A DNA stretch of 64,000 nucleotides from an uncultured virus (IMG/VR IMGVR_UViG_3300001682_000595) (lineage: Duplodnaviria > Heunggongvirae > Uroviricota > Caudoviricetes): IMG/VR virus record IMGVR_UViG_3300001682_000595; one strand, given 5' to 3'. The translations under genes were made by a program, and so were the position numbers. The notes under the pieces are model-generated. The model did not search any database. It was not told where the DNA came from and saw nothing but the letters and a program-made list of their open reading frames with translations. Shown here in pieces: positions 30,281 to 39,982 of this stretch. Within the stretch, counting starts at the first letter, position 1. Every line of letters starts with the position of its first letter.

Positions 30281-30694
30281 CTATTTATCCTCCTCGCCGT
30301 CGCGGCTGTGGAGCTGTTCCAGAACCGCCTTCAGTTTTTCGGGGATGGGAAGTCCCAGATGCCCTGCGTTCTCCAGAATCGACACGCCCTCGTTGCTCAG
30401 GTAGAAAAAGACGACCGCCGTGCGGACTGCGCCGCCGTCTCCGAGCACCTGGCTGTCGATGATGTTGCCCACGCCTACCAGCGCAAAGATGAGCACCTTG
30501 CGGAAGATGCCCTTGAAGCCAACCTCGCTGGAGAGTTTCCTATCGGCAACTGCGCACAGCACGCCGGTCAGGTAGTCCAGGACGACAAACGCCACGAGCG
30601 CGTAGAGAAAGCCGTCCGGCCCGCCCAGAAACCAGCCGAGGAAGCCGCCGGCGGCGGCAAGCGCGGCCTGCACCCAGTTCCAAACTGTTTTCAT
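30281..30694 (-). CDS. phage holin (toxin secretion/phage lysis family)
   Basis: DYLTG, NEGVSILEN..LG.PIP. Confidence 0.92.
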   Translation of the reverse strand: MKTVWNWVQAALAAAGGFLGWFLGGPDGFLYALVAFVVLDYLTGVLCAVADRKLSSEVGFKGIFRKVLIFALVGVGNIIDSQVLGDGGAVRTAVVFFYLSNEGVSILENAGHLGLPIPEKLKAVLEQLHSRDGEEDK

Positions 30695-30773
30695 AGTTTA
30701 AAGCCTCCGTTTCAATTAAATTTGACATATTAAAAGCGCCTTGCGGTAAAGCAAAGCGCCAAAATGGGAGAGA

Positions 30774-33245
30774 TTAAATTTGTTTGGGCAGGTACTCCCA
30801 CAGCCGCAGATCCTCCTGCCCCAGCGACCAGAGTGCAAAGCCCCTTAACCCCCAACGGTATGCCGCTTCGTTCGTCCAATAGACAATGGAATCCACGTCT
30901 TGGTAGTAAACGATGCCAAAGCCGTCCGCGTCGCCGAGAAAGAGCCGCGAGCACCAGACGTTGATGTCGCGCGGGGTAAACACCGCCGAGTAGTCCGCGT
31001 TGCACGGGATGGGAAGCAACGATGAATGCACGAAGTCGTAGTCCATCGAAATATCCTCGGTTCGAGTAGAAGACTCCTCCACGTCAGATTGAAGCTTGAA
31101 GACCTGAAACTCGTTGTCCCAAGAGACCCCCGTGCGGCTAATCCTTCCGTAGCTTGCAACCGTTCCGTCGGGCATCGTCACGTCGAAGGCCTCATACGGC
31201 TCGTATGTCCAGGCATCGCCCAAACGGAGCAGTTCGCATACGATTTGCCCGTCGGAGCGGATGCCGCAGTAGCCGTCCCCACCCGATACCGTAGCCGTGA
31301 AACGGAGCGTGTTGCTGTTACCGGAGTAGACCCTGACGTTATTTCCGCGCTTCCGCATTTCGACGAGGTACATATTCGGGTTCGTGCGGATGTCGGCGTT
31401 GGGCGTTTTGGAGTACGAGCCTTGATAGCTTCCAAGCAGTGTATTGCCTTGGTAGAGCTCCACGCGCTGGTTGTTGATGTTGATGCAGCAGAAGATATCT
31501 CCAATAAACACGCCCGCGCGCCCGCCGCCGTTTTGAGGGAAAGCCAGCCTTGCCCGAATGTGGACGTCCGAAAAGCCGTCGCAGTTCCACGCCAACTGTC
31601 CGCTGCCCTCAAGCTGGGAGTAGACCCTGTCCGTCGAGGATTCGTCGCTGCGCCAGACAGACCACGAGCCGGAAAGCGCCGTCCAGTAGCTTGGCTGCAG
31701 GGTGATATAGTCGCGGAAGTCCTCATACCATATCAGGGCTGAGTCGGGCTTACGGCGTAATACCTCCGTGGTCAGCCTGAAGCCCTGACTGGGCACCGCC
31801 ATATTGCCTTCGTTGTCTTTGAAACTGCGGGGCGAGAGGGCGAATGTCGCCGAACCCGCCGAAGGCTGCTCCGAGAACGCCGAGCATATGCGGAATCCGT
31901 AGAACTGCGCCCCCGGCGCGCCGCCCTCGATGGAAAGCGTGTGGTTCCCCGCCGGCAGGCTTATGCCCGAAGCAAGCGACAGCCACGTCGTTTTCCTCCA
32001 ATACGGCCACCACAGACGGTTCTCGCAAAAACTTACCGCCGAGCCGTCAAGGGCGATATTGATCGCGTTCTTATCCCAGAACGGGAAACAGATCTTCACT
32101 GCCACGTCATATGTGCCTGATGCGGAAATATTGAAAGCGTACTCCGCCGTACCGTCCTCCGCCGAGAGCGTGACCGTGCCGTTGCCCACTACAATGCCAT
32201 CCGTGTAGCTGTCCGGCTCTCCGTCTCGGTCAACGTAGATTGTGCCGAACGATGCCTTTTGAACTTTGCCGTAGCAGGTCAGGTAGTTGCGCCGGTTATA
32301 GGTATCGCCAACCATAGGCTCCTCACGGGATACCGCATCGCCGCCTTCGCAATAGTCGTAGACGTGCGGGAACATATACGGCACTTTATCATAATCGTCC
32401 CAGTAGGCGAGCCACGGAATGAACGGCTCCGGCGGCGCGTTGCCCGTGAAGTTGTAGCCGCCCTCAGCCCAGATTTTAGCGGCGTAGTAGGTCACCGACA
32501 CACCGCGATATGTCTTACCGAGGTCGGATGGGTTAGCATAAATCTGCCATTCCCAGCCGTAGGCCGGAAGCCCCATGAATACTTTATGAGGCGACATCGT
32601 TTGTACGGCGTAGTCGTAAACACCCTCCAGCCAGTCGCGGGGTGATACGGGACCCGGCGCGCTGCCCGCCCATGACATTCCGTAGGACATGATGGCGGCA
32701 GTGTCGCAGTAAGCGTCCAGGTCGGCGTAGACGCACCAGTTTTCGCCGCCTACCGAGCCTTGGACGCCCGTCATCCCGGGCAGGCAGATGTTGACCATCT
32801 TTGTGGGGTCGTAGTTCTTGACGGTCGAGTAGATGAGAGAGAACAGGTTGTTTGCCGCGACCCTGTTTTCATAACTGCCGCCGCGCTCCAGGTCAATGTC
32901 GACACCCGCGCACCATGGGTATTTCCGCATGATCCGCACCAGCTCGCTGAGGAATTTGTCCCTCGCGCCGCCCGTGTTCTCACGGAGTGCCGTAAAGATG
33001 CTCGCCGTGCCGTTGTTCATGCAGGTCAGCAGCCACTTGATGTGCGGCCACTTCGTGCGATAAGGCGAGAGCGAGGAGACGCTCACGCCCGTTTCCGAGA
33101 TTGTGCCGTCAACGGCGATGCTGAACGTGAAGATGCCCACGGTGTCGAGCCTGTCGCCGTATTGGTCGAGTGCTTGGTACATCCGGGCATTGCCCATAAA
33201 CGTCCAGACCATATTGCGCTTGCCTTTCAGGTAGTCTCGGCTCAT
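30774..33245 (-). CDS. tail-associated GH18 glycoside hydrolase with inserted beta-sandwich domains
   Basis: GVDIDLE (DxDxE), MSY, MGLPAYG, C-terminal GFALWSLGQED. Confidence 0.85.
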   Translation of the reverse strand: MSRDYLKGKRNMVWTFMGNARMYQALDQYGDRLDTVGIFTFSIAVDGTISETGVSVSSLSPYRTKWPHIKWLLTCMNNGTASIFTALRENTGGARDKFLSELVRIMRKYPWCAGVDIDLERGGSYENRVAANNLFSLIYSTVKNYDPTKMVNICLPGMTGVQGSVGGENWCVYADLDAYCDTAAIMSYGMSWAGSAPGPVSPRDWLEGVYDYAVQTMSPHKVFMGLPAYGWEWQIYANPSDLGKTYRGVSVTYYAAKIWAEGGYNFTGNAPPEPFIPWLAYWDDYDKVPYMFPHVYDYCEGGDAVSREEPMVGDTYNRRNYLTCYGKVQKASFGTIYVDRDGEPDSYTDGIVVGNGTVTLSAEDGTAEYAFNISASGTYDVAVKICFPFWDKNAINIALDGSAVSFCENRLWWPYWRKTTWLSLASGISLPAGNHTLSIEGGAPGAQFYGFRICSAFSEQPSAGSATFALSPRSFKDNEGNMAVPSQGFRLTTEVLRRKPDSALIWYEDFRDYITLQPSYWTALSGSWSVWRSDESSTDRVYSQLEGSGQLAWNCDGFSDVHIRARLAFPQNGGGRAGVFIGDIFCCININNQRVELYQGNTLLGSYQGSYSKTPNADIRTNPNMYLVEMRKRGNNVRVYSGNSNTLRFTATVSGGDGYCGIRSDGQIVCELLRLGDAWTYEPYEAFDVTMPDGTVASYGRISRTGVSWDNEFQVFKLQSDVEESSTRTEDISMDYDFVHSSLLPIPCNADYSAVFTPRDINVWCSRLFLGDADGFGIVYYQDVDSIVYWTNEAAYRWGLRGFALWSLGQEDLRLWEYLPKQI

Positions 33246-33811
33246 TGCGACACCTCGCTTTCGCTCATCTCCGTGTACTCCAGATACACCCGCGCCGACT
33301 TTTTGCTTTCCACTTTTATCCGATGCTTGCTGTCATAGGCGGCGGTGTACTGAAAGAAGCCGCGCTTGGGCGTTGCGGAGCCGTTTTTCAGGCATTCTCT
33401 TGTAGAGGCTTTCAGGGCGAACTCGTCGCCCGCCGAAGCCGCCGCTGTGAATTTGCATTTGTGCGAGCCCATACCTTGCGATACCTCGATACTGCCCGCC
33501 GCCATAGGCTGTTTCGGGTAGATGTAGAGGTCAAGCCCCGCCGATGTGCTACCCGTGTTGAACAGTACGACTGTTTCGCCGCCCCTGACCACGCCGTTTT
33601 GGTAGCGTGGGGTGTTGCCGGAATGAACGAGCATCGTTTTGGTGTTCTGGACGTAGCCCGTCAGCTTTTCGCCCTCCTGAAACTGAATGTCGGTGAAGTA
33701 AATCGTACCGGTGCAGTCGGTAATGGTCGGCGTGACCGTCACGGACACCACACGCTTGTCGGCCTTTAGCTTAATCGTCTCCGCAAAGCGAATGAAATTG
33801 TTCATAACCAT
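33242..33811 (-). CDS. tail-associated hypothetical protein
   Basis: Homologous to 49172-49756. Confidence 0.8.
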   Translation of the reverse strand: MVMNNFIRFAETIKLKADKRVVSVTVTPTITDCTGTIYFTDIQFQEGEKLTGYVQNTKTMLVHSGNTPRYQNGVVRGGETVVLFNTGSTSAGLDLYIYPKQPMAAGSIEVSQGMGSHKCKFTAAASAGDEFALKASTRECLKNGSATPKRGFFQYTAAYDSKHRIKVESKKSARVYLEYTEMSESEVSQ

Positions 33812-33814
33812 AGG

Positions 33815-34009
33815 TTATCCGTCCTCCGTCCACCGGATCTCTGCGACGTTGCCAACCCAGCCCGTGGCGGTAGAACCGGCCTGAAGCATGATGTCCGTGA
33901 AGTACACCTCGCCCGTACAGTCCTGAACCACAAGCCTGACGGTGATGGACTCCAATCTGCCGTAGCCTTTGGGCGAAGCGTCACGCGCCACAATCTGAAA
34001 AGAAGCCAT
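33815..34009 (-). CDS. small tail-associated protein (half of a CBM-like fold)
   Basis: Homologous to 48977-49171; VYFTDIMLQAG.TATGW. Confidence 0.75.
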   Translation of the reverse strand: MASFQIVARDASPKGYGRLESITVRLVVQDCTGEVYFTDIMLQAGSTATGWVGNVAEIRWTEDG

Positions 34010-34021
34010 AACGCTGCCCTC

Positions 34022-36550
34022 CTAAAACAAGTCAATGAACCGCGTTTCCTTGGTTCCGTCCTCGTATTCGAATACCAGTTCAATGCCGACCTGCCCGTTT
34101 GCGCCCTTGACGAGGTTTTCCGAGCCGATCTGCGCCGAGATGGTATAACTGCGGCGCGAGGACGGGTAAACGGTTTGCGCCATGCTCTTTGTGGCTCCGG
34201 GTACGCCCACCGCTTTGAACGAAGCCGTACCCGTCACGCCGTTTTCCGTGTCTATTTCAAAGCCGCTGTTTTGCCAGTAGGCAAAGCCGTCGTCAGCCCT
34301 GCTGTTCCTCAGGTGGTTGAATGGCACCATATCCTTGAGTTCCTGACCGATGAGATTTGACTGCCCCAACTGATCGGCGAGGGCATCGTTTGAGGAATCG
34401 CCCAACTCGCGCAGCTTCGTGGAGAGTTCCAGAACGGTTTTCCATGGCTCCTGCAGGTTATACTCGCGCCTGATTACCCTCGTCTTGATAGTCAAATCCA
34501 ATTCCCTGTCGTCCACGGTCACGATGTCGCCCAAGTCCCACTGTTCATGTTCGTAGCCCGTCAGCACAGACAAGTCCATCGCCGAAAGGACGTAGGACAC
34601 CCGCGGCCTGGCGTATTCGCCGAGTCGCATATTCGTGTACTCCAGCATTTGATAGGGGTTTGTAAAGTTGGATAAATCCAAGGCGGATACCCTGACTTCT
34701 TTGGAATAGGTGAAATCCTCCACATACTCCTTGCCGCTGTTGATCGACGCAAAGGTCATGCCGTCCTTGCCGTATGCGTAAAGTCTGGTAACAAGGCTCC
34801 TGGTATCAACCACGCGCTTAATGCCCGTGAGGTTTTTTCGGTAGGTGAAGAGAGCGCCGCTGTCCCGGCCGCTGAATACGAGCAGGCTCACCAGCTTGCC
34901 CCGGCTGTCGAAGACAAGGTCGCCGCCGTGAATCTTCTGCGTCATGCGGAGGATGGCGAGGGCATTTTTCTCCTGGCATGTCCATGTCCGCAGGGTTGTG
35001 ACATCCACCGTTCCGATGCTCCAGCCCGTACCGGCGAGGGCATATGCCATCGGCTCGGCGGCGGGCGCGGAGTTGAACTCTGTCGGCTGTTTTTCCGCCG
35101 AAAAGGTCAGGTCATAGAAGGCGGCTTCCGCATAGACCGTAGTCAGGATGCCGCTGCCGTCGGAACCCTTCTCGTCCGTCAGTGTCCGTATTCGGTAGAT
35201 ATCGCCCGCAATCTGCACCTGCTTCTCATTGTCAAGTGACGGCCGCTTCGGATCGGAGTACGGCAACTTGAATTCCAAGGTGTCCGCGCCGTTGACCTCT
35301 CCCGTGACGATGATGTCGTAGGCGTTCTCCAAAACTGCCTCCCACGCGCCGTTCGCGTCGAGTATGACGGGGCTGGCAAAGCCCAGCTTCTCATACGGGG
35401 CTTTCGGGATGTCGTGGAGCGTAATGTCGAGCAGTTTCGGCGTGGCCGCGCTGTCCAAAGTATGGAGCGTGACCCGATAACGAATATACCTCCTGTTTGG
35501 GGAAGCCAGTTCGCCGTTTGAGCCGACCGACTGCCACGCAGACCAGTCCTGTAAATCGTCCGAAGTGGATGTTTCAATCAGGCCGATGGACGTAACGCCC
35601 GCCGTATATTCCGAAGTCACCGACACCCGGCCGCTTCCCGAAAGGGAGCACCCAGCCGCTATGGTGATAAGCTGGCCGCTTTCGGGGTAGGCGTTGTTGC
35701 TTGCTTTTTTAAGCGTGACCACTCCGGGTTCCGTGAGCGCGTCCACACTGGCATTCACATCGCCGCCGTTGGCCATGATCGCCTGCAGGAAGTGGTTTCG
35801 CAAATCCTCGATGGTCTGTTCCGACTTCGTTTCGATGAACCAGTCGTCGAAACCGCCTGCATAGTAATACTGGTTTGCATGCATACCGATGATGATGTCC
35901 GCGGAGCAGTTCGGGTTCAGGTCGCCCGTGAACGTCCGCACAGGCGCAATCCAAACTGCGCCACTGTTGCGGTCGCAGAGGATGTACTGGCTCGTCTTGG
36001 CGGTCACCCCGATAACCGCGGCGATGAAGTACCAGCCGCCGTTGACCATCGGGAACGACGGCGTTTCCGTTTGGTCGAGGATAAGGCTTCCCGACGAGTT
36101 GTAAAGCATCATCCTCGGTCTGCCCTGGTAAAGCGAGAGGTACAGGAGCGGCTGTCCGGGTCCCTGCCTTGTGTTGAAGAGCGGGATATAGGTTGAACCG
36201 ACGGAGTAGGTGGTCGGGTTTATCCAGCCTCCCACGGCTATCTTGTCGCCGAGTGTGGTGAAAAAACTGCCGTCGTTTACCACTTGGAGGTATGTTTTCT
36301 CCGAGGTGGGGTTGCTGATGTTCTGCCGGAAGTACCGCCCGTAGCGTCCGTTCGGAAGCGAAGCGGTCGTCCCGCTCCAACCGGAAATAAACGCATGCCG
36401 CCCGTGTCCGCTCGCGTCGGCAAGTTTGGTGTCGCTGTCCGGCGCGGATTCGTTGAACCGCCAGAGGGCGAGCGTGTTCCCGGTCACGGGAAATTCGCCC
36501 GTGAAGTCGGTTTGTGATGTTAATACTGATTTTATCGCCACTAAAGCCAC
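34022..36550 (-). CDS. phage tail spike/Tal-like protein with N-terminal LamG
   Basis: ALWRFNE LamG start; NGADTLEF, VTRLYAYG, LGDIVTV minor-structural motifs. Confidence 0.85.
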   Translation of the reverse strand: MALVAIKSVLTSQTDFTGEFPVTGNTLALWRFNESAPDSDTKLADASGHGRHAFISGWSGTTASLPNGRYGRYFRQNISNPTSEKTYLQVVNDGSFFTTLGDKIAVGGWINPTTYSVGSTYIPLFNTRQGPGQPLLYLSLYQGRPRMMLYNSSGSLILDQTETPSFPMVNGGWYFIAAVIGVTAKTSQYILCDRNSGAVWIAPVRTFTGDLNPNCSADIIIGMHANQYYYAGGFDDWFIETKSEQTIEDLRNHFLQAIMANGGDVNASVDALTEPGVVTLKKASNNAYPESGQLITIAAGCSLSGSGRVSVTSEYTAGVTSIGLIETSTSDDLQDWSAWQSVGSNGELASPNRRYIRYRVTLHTLDSAATPKLLDITLHDIPKAPYEKLGFASPVILDANGAWEAVLENAYDIIVTGEVNGADTLEFKLPYSDPKRPSLDNEKQVQIAGDIYRIRTLTDEKGSDGSGILTTVYAEAAFYDLTFSAEKQPTEFNSAPAAEPMAYALAGTGWSIGTVDVTTLRTWTCQEKNALAILRMTQKIHGGDLVFDSRGKLVSLLVFSGRDSGALFTYRKNLTGIKRVVDTRSLVTRLYAYGKDGMTFASINSGKEYVEDFTYSKEVRVSALDLSNFTNPYQMLEYTNMRLGEYARPRVSYVLSAMDLSVLTGYEHEQWDLGDIVTVDDRELDLTIKTRVIRREYNLQEPWKTVLELSTKLRELGDSSNDALADQLGQSNLIGQELKDMVPFNHLRNSRADDGFAYWQNSGFEIDTENGVTGTASFKAVGVPGATKSMAQTVYPSSRRSYTISAQIGSENLVKGANGQVGIELVFEYEDGTKETRFIDLF

Positions 36551-36631
36551 CTCCGTTAAACGTACACTTCCGAAGCGGGCGCGAAGCTCGAAATATTTTC
36601 TTTACGTGAAAAGCCGCCGGCGGCTCGCCGG

Positions 36632-37411
36632 TCACCTCCAGCGGCTTTTCGCCTGTATTTCAAGTTCCGTAAATGCGGCGCCCTCGACGGTGATTTTTAT
36701 TGTGTTAGCACCTTTGTGCAGAATGGGAAAGTTCAACTCCGAAAGCAGCGGGAGACCGTTGCGGAGCGTCTCGCCTGTGTCGTCAACTACCTTGGCGGTT
36801 ACCAGACCGCTGTCGATGACGAGGGTTTCACCGTCATTGAGCGTCCCGACTACCTTGAGCTCATCATCGTTGGTCCGGATGCTGACGTATGTTGCCCTCC
36901 CCTGCGGGATCATGCCTTTGAGCAGATACACGGGAAGCGAATCGGTGTTTCCCTTGGTTCTGGTGATTGTGTTTTCGCCCTCGGCGGTAATGGCGAAGAT
37001 CTCGTCCGTCTGCGCGTAGCCGAAGGGGTCGGGGCAGACGAACTTCAAATCAAACGAGCCGGCCGTCAGAATCAGCCGCTCGCAGTCCACGGCGTCGGAG
37101 AGCCGCGCCGTGAAATATCTGTCGGGGATGTCGTCCAGCACAAGCTGTTTCAGTCCCTTTTCGGGGTCGAGCCACTCCGCCATTCGGTCCAGAACCTCGA
37201 CGAGCGAAGACAGAGTGTGTTTCGGGTAGATGTTGCACTTGACCGTTATGACGCGCTCCGCGCTGTCGCTGCCAAAGTCCGCCACACCGGGCTTGCCGGG
37301 TATGGTGACAAAGGAGTTCCGCAAGGGCGGCGAAGCCTGCCAAGAGGTGAGCCGCGCCTTTATCCCCATGCTCCGCGATGTTATTCCATTGAAAGTAAAG
37401 CCCACGGCCAC
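36632..37411 (-). CDS. distal tail (Dit) protein
   Basis: FTFNG, IPGKPG, F.CPDPFGY; lies between tape measure and spike. Confidence 0.85.
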   Translation of the reverse strand: MAVGFTFNGITSRSMGIKARLTSWQASPPLRNSFVTIPGKPGVADFGSDSAERVITVKCNIYPKHTLSSLVEVLDRMAEWLDPEKGLKQLVLDDIPDRYFTARLSDAVDCERLILTAGSFDLKFVCPDPFGYAQTDEIFAITAEGENTITRTKGNTDSLPVYLLKGMIPQGRATYVSIRTNDDELKVVGTLNDGETLVIDSGLVTAKVVDDTGETLRNGLPLLSELNFPILHKGANTIKITVEGAAFTELEIQAKSRWR

Positions 37412-37417
37412 ACCTCC

Positions 37418-39874
37418 TTACGCCGGGCTGAACCGGCCCTGCGCCCTTGAGCCAGTCTGCATCAGGTTGTACAGTTCCTGTGAAATCCTGCGGATGTCGT
37501 CCTCGCTTCGGACAATCATCTGCTGTATCGTAATCAGCGCAAACCTGTTCGAATCCGCCGCAGTCCCGTTTGCCGCCGTATTGATATTAATACCGGGTGC
37601 TTCGAAGTTTGCCGGGATTGCGTTCTGCATATCCTCGCCGACCTGTGCCATAGCCTTTTCGAAGCCGACGCCCAAACCCTCGGCCATGTTGTCGCCAAGC
37701 CCCGCGAAGAGTGTGGACGGCGAGTGGATGCCGAAGAAGTTCTTGATTTTGTCCACCACTCCGCCGAAAAAGCCGGATATTTTGTCCCAGAGCCACGCGC
37801 CCGCGTCGGAGATGCCCTGCCACAGCCCCTTGATAAGGCTGCCGCCGACCTGCGCCATCTGCCCGATGTAGCTATTAAACGCCTTGACCAGCCCCATGAT
37901 AATCTGTGGCACTGCCTTGACCACCTCGACAATGATGGTCGGCAGGTTTTGAATCAGGGCGACAAGCAACTGAACGCCCGCAACAATAATCTTATCGACG
38001 TTCCCGACGATGGCGTTCACCAGCGAGGCCACAATTTCCGGAATGGCGGATACGACGGCCGTGATGATTTGTGGCAGGTTTTGGACTAAGGCAACAAGCA
38101 GTTTTACGCCCGCGTCGATGAGTTGCGGGATTGACCCGAGTATCGCCGTAATCAAACCCTCGATGATTTGCGGGATAGCAGCCACAATTGCCGTGATGAT
38201 TTCAGGAAGGGCTTCCACAAGCGACACCAAAAGCTGAATCCCGGCATCGATAATCTGCGGTATCGCGCCGATGATAAAGTCGACGATGCCCGTGATGATG
38301 GCGGGCAAGGCGGCTACCAGTTGAGGAAGAGCGTCCAGTAACCCTTGCGCCAAGCCGAGGATTAACTGCAGCGCCGCGTCCAAAAGCATAGGCAGGTTAT
38401 CCGTCAAGCCCTGAACGATGGTCGTTATGGCGGTGACCGCCGCCGGTATGAGTTCTGGCAGAGCCGAGCCGATGCCCATGGCAAGCGCGGAAACCAGCTG
38501 CACCGCGACGTCGAGCAGGAGCGGGAGGTTGTCAATCAAGGCCTCGACAATCGTCATAACGGCATCGACCGCCGCCGGTATTAATTCGGGCAGGAGTGTC
38601 AGAATCGTATTCAGCACCTGCGTAAACAGTTCCGTGACTGTCTCCAATAGTATAGGCAGGAGGTCTGCTACCGCCTGCAATATCGCCCCGGTTGCCGTGG
38701 GCAGAGCCGCAACGATGTTCTCCAAGACAGGCACTATGTTTTTCACGACTGCCTGAAATGCATCCACAAGGTTCTGCGTTAGGTTGGTCATGTCGGCGTT
38801 GGCGTTGCCGAGTCCCGCCGTGAAGGACGACAGGGCGGCCTGCAGCAGCCCGATTGAGCCACTGATGGTTTGCGTACTTTCCCGCGCGAAGTTGCCCGCG
38901 TACTGTTCGGTGTTCTCGAAAAACATTTGCATGGCGACCTCGGCTTTTTCCGCTTGCGTCGCCGTGTTCCAAGTGAAGTCCAGCCCCTTGGCGAGGGCGT
39001 AGGCTTCGATGTTGGTGGCGTTCATGGCGACGCCGAGATTATCCATCATCGTGAAGTTGCCCTTTGCGGCGCCGGTCACGGCATCGAGCGCCTCCTGCAT
39101 GTCGATGCCCATGACGGAAGCCATATCCGCCGCCCGCTGCATCGCCTTTTCGGTCAGTTCCAGCGACTTTTGCTGCTCGATGCCAGAACCTTGGAACAGC
39201 GCACCCATTTTATTGGCTGTCGCTAAATACTGCGACTGCGATACACCGAGGTTCTTGTAAGCTTCCTCGCCGGTCTTCTGGATGCTCGCAGCATACTCTC
39301 CGAACACAGCTTCTGAGCCGCCGAGGTTCTGCTCCAGTTCTCCGAACTGCTGCACAACCTCTTTGCCAAGTTTGATAGCCGCCGCGCCTGCCGCCACGGC
39401 GACCGCGCCCATCGCCGCGCCTATTCCTTTCAGGACACCGCCCAGCTTCTCAAACTTCGGGCCGGACTTTTCGGCTTCATCGCCCGTATCCTTTAATTCG
39501 TCGCCAAGGGCGTCGGTGGCTTCCGCGGAATTCTCCAACTCACGCTCCATGCCGTTGAGTTCGGCTTTGGCGTTATTCAGCTGGATAGCCCAGTTCTGTG
39601 TCCTGCGGTCGTTCTCGCCGAAGCTCTCGGAGGCGTTTTTGAGTGCGGCTTCGAGGGTGGAGATTTTCTCATTTTGCGCGTCGATAGCCTTGTTTAGGAC
39701 TTCCGTCCGGGCGGCGACCGCCTGAACGCTCTTATCGTTCTTGTCAAACTCGGAGGAGACCAGCTTCATCTCCGAGCCAAGTACCTTAAAGGACTGGTTA
39801 ATTTCGCGGAGGGCGTTTTTAAATTCCTTTTCGCCCTCGACGCCAATTTTCAGCCCGAAGTTGTCATATCCCAT
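37418..39874 (-). CDS. tape measure protein (element B)
   Basis: DNFGLKIGVEGEKEFK N-terminus, amphipathic repeats, FFGIHSPS. Confidence 0.9.
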   Translation of the reverse strand: MGYDNFGLKIGVEGEKEFKNALREINQSFKVLGSEMKLVSSEFDKNDKSVQAVAARTEVLNKAIDAQNEKISTLEAALKNASESFGENDRRTQNWAIQLNNAKAELNGMERELENSAEATDALGDELKDTGDEAEKSGPKFEKLGGVLKGIGAAMGAVAVAAGAAAIKLGKEVVQQFGELEQNLGGSEAVFGEYAASIQKTGEEAYKNLGVSQSQYLATANKMGALFQGSGIEQQKSLELTEKAMQRAADMASVMGIDMQEALDAVTGAAKGNFTMMDNLGVAMNATNIEAYALAKGLDFTWNTATQAEKAEVAMQMFFENTEQYAGNFARESTQTISGSIGLLQAALSSFTAGLGNANADMTNLTQNLVDAFQAVVKNIVPVLENIVAALPTATGAILQAVADLLPILLETVTELFTQVLNTILTLLPELIPAAVDAVMTIVEALIDNLPLLLDVAVQLVSALAMGIGSALPELIPAAVTAITTIVQGLTDNLPMLLDAALQLILGLAQGLLDALPQLVAALPAIITGIVDFIIGAIPQIIDAGIQLLVSLVEALPEIITAIVAAIPQIIEGLITAILGSIPQLIDAGVKLLVALVQNLPQIITAVVSAIPEIVASLVNAIVGNVDKIIVAGVQLLVALIQNLPTIIVEVVKAVPQIIMGLVKAFNSYIGQMAQVGGSLIKGLWQGISDAGAWLWDKISGFFGGVVDKIKNFFGIHSPSTLFAGLGDNMAEGLGVGFEKAMAQVGEDMQNAIPANFEAPGININTAANGTAADSNRFALITIQQMIVRSEDDIRRISQELYNLMQTGSRAQGRFSPA

Positions 39875-39875
39875 A

Positions 39876-39952
39876 AATAAAGTTATCCTCCTTTCTCCCC
39901 AGAATCATAGAAAAATCCGGGGAATTCGTAGTGAACTCCTCGGATAATTCTT
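39876..39952 (-). repeat. RIT left terminal inverted repeat (77 bp)
   Basis: Exact reverse complement of 43261-43337. Confidence 0.95.
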
Positions 39953-39982
39953 ACAGTCAAATTCCAAAAAATTACGATAGGA

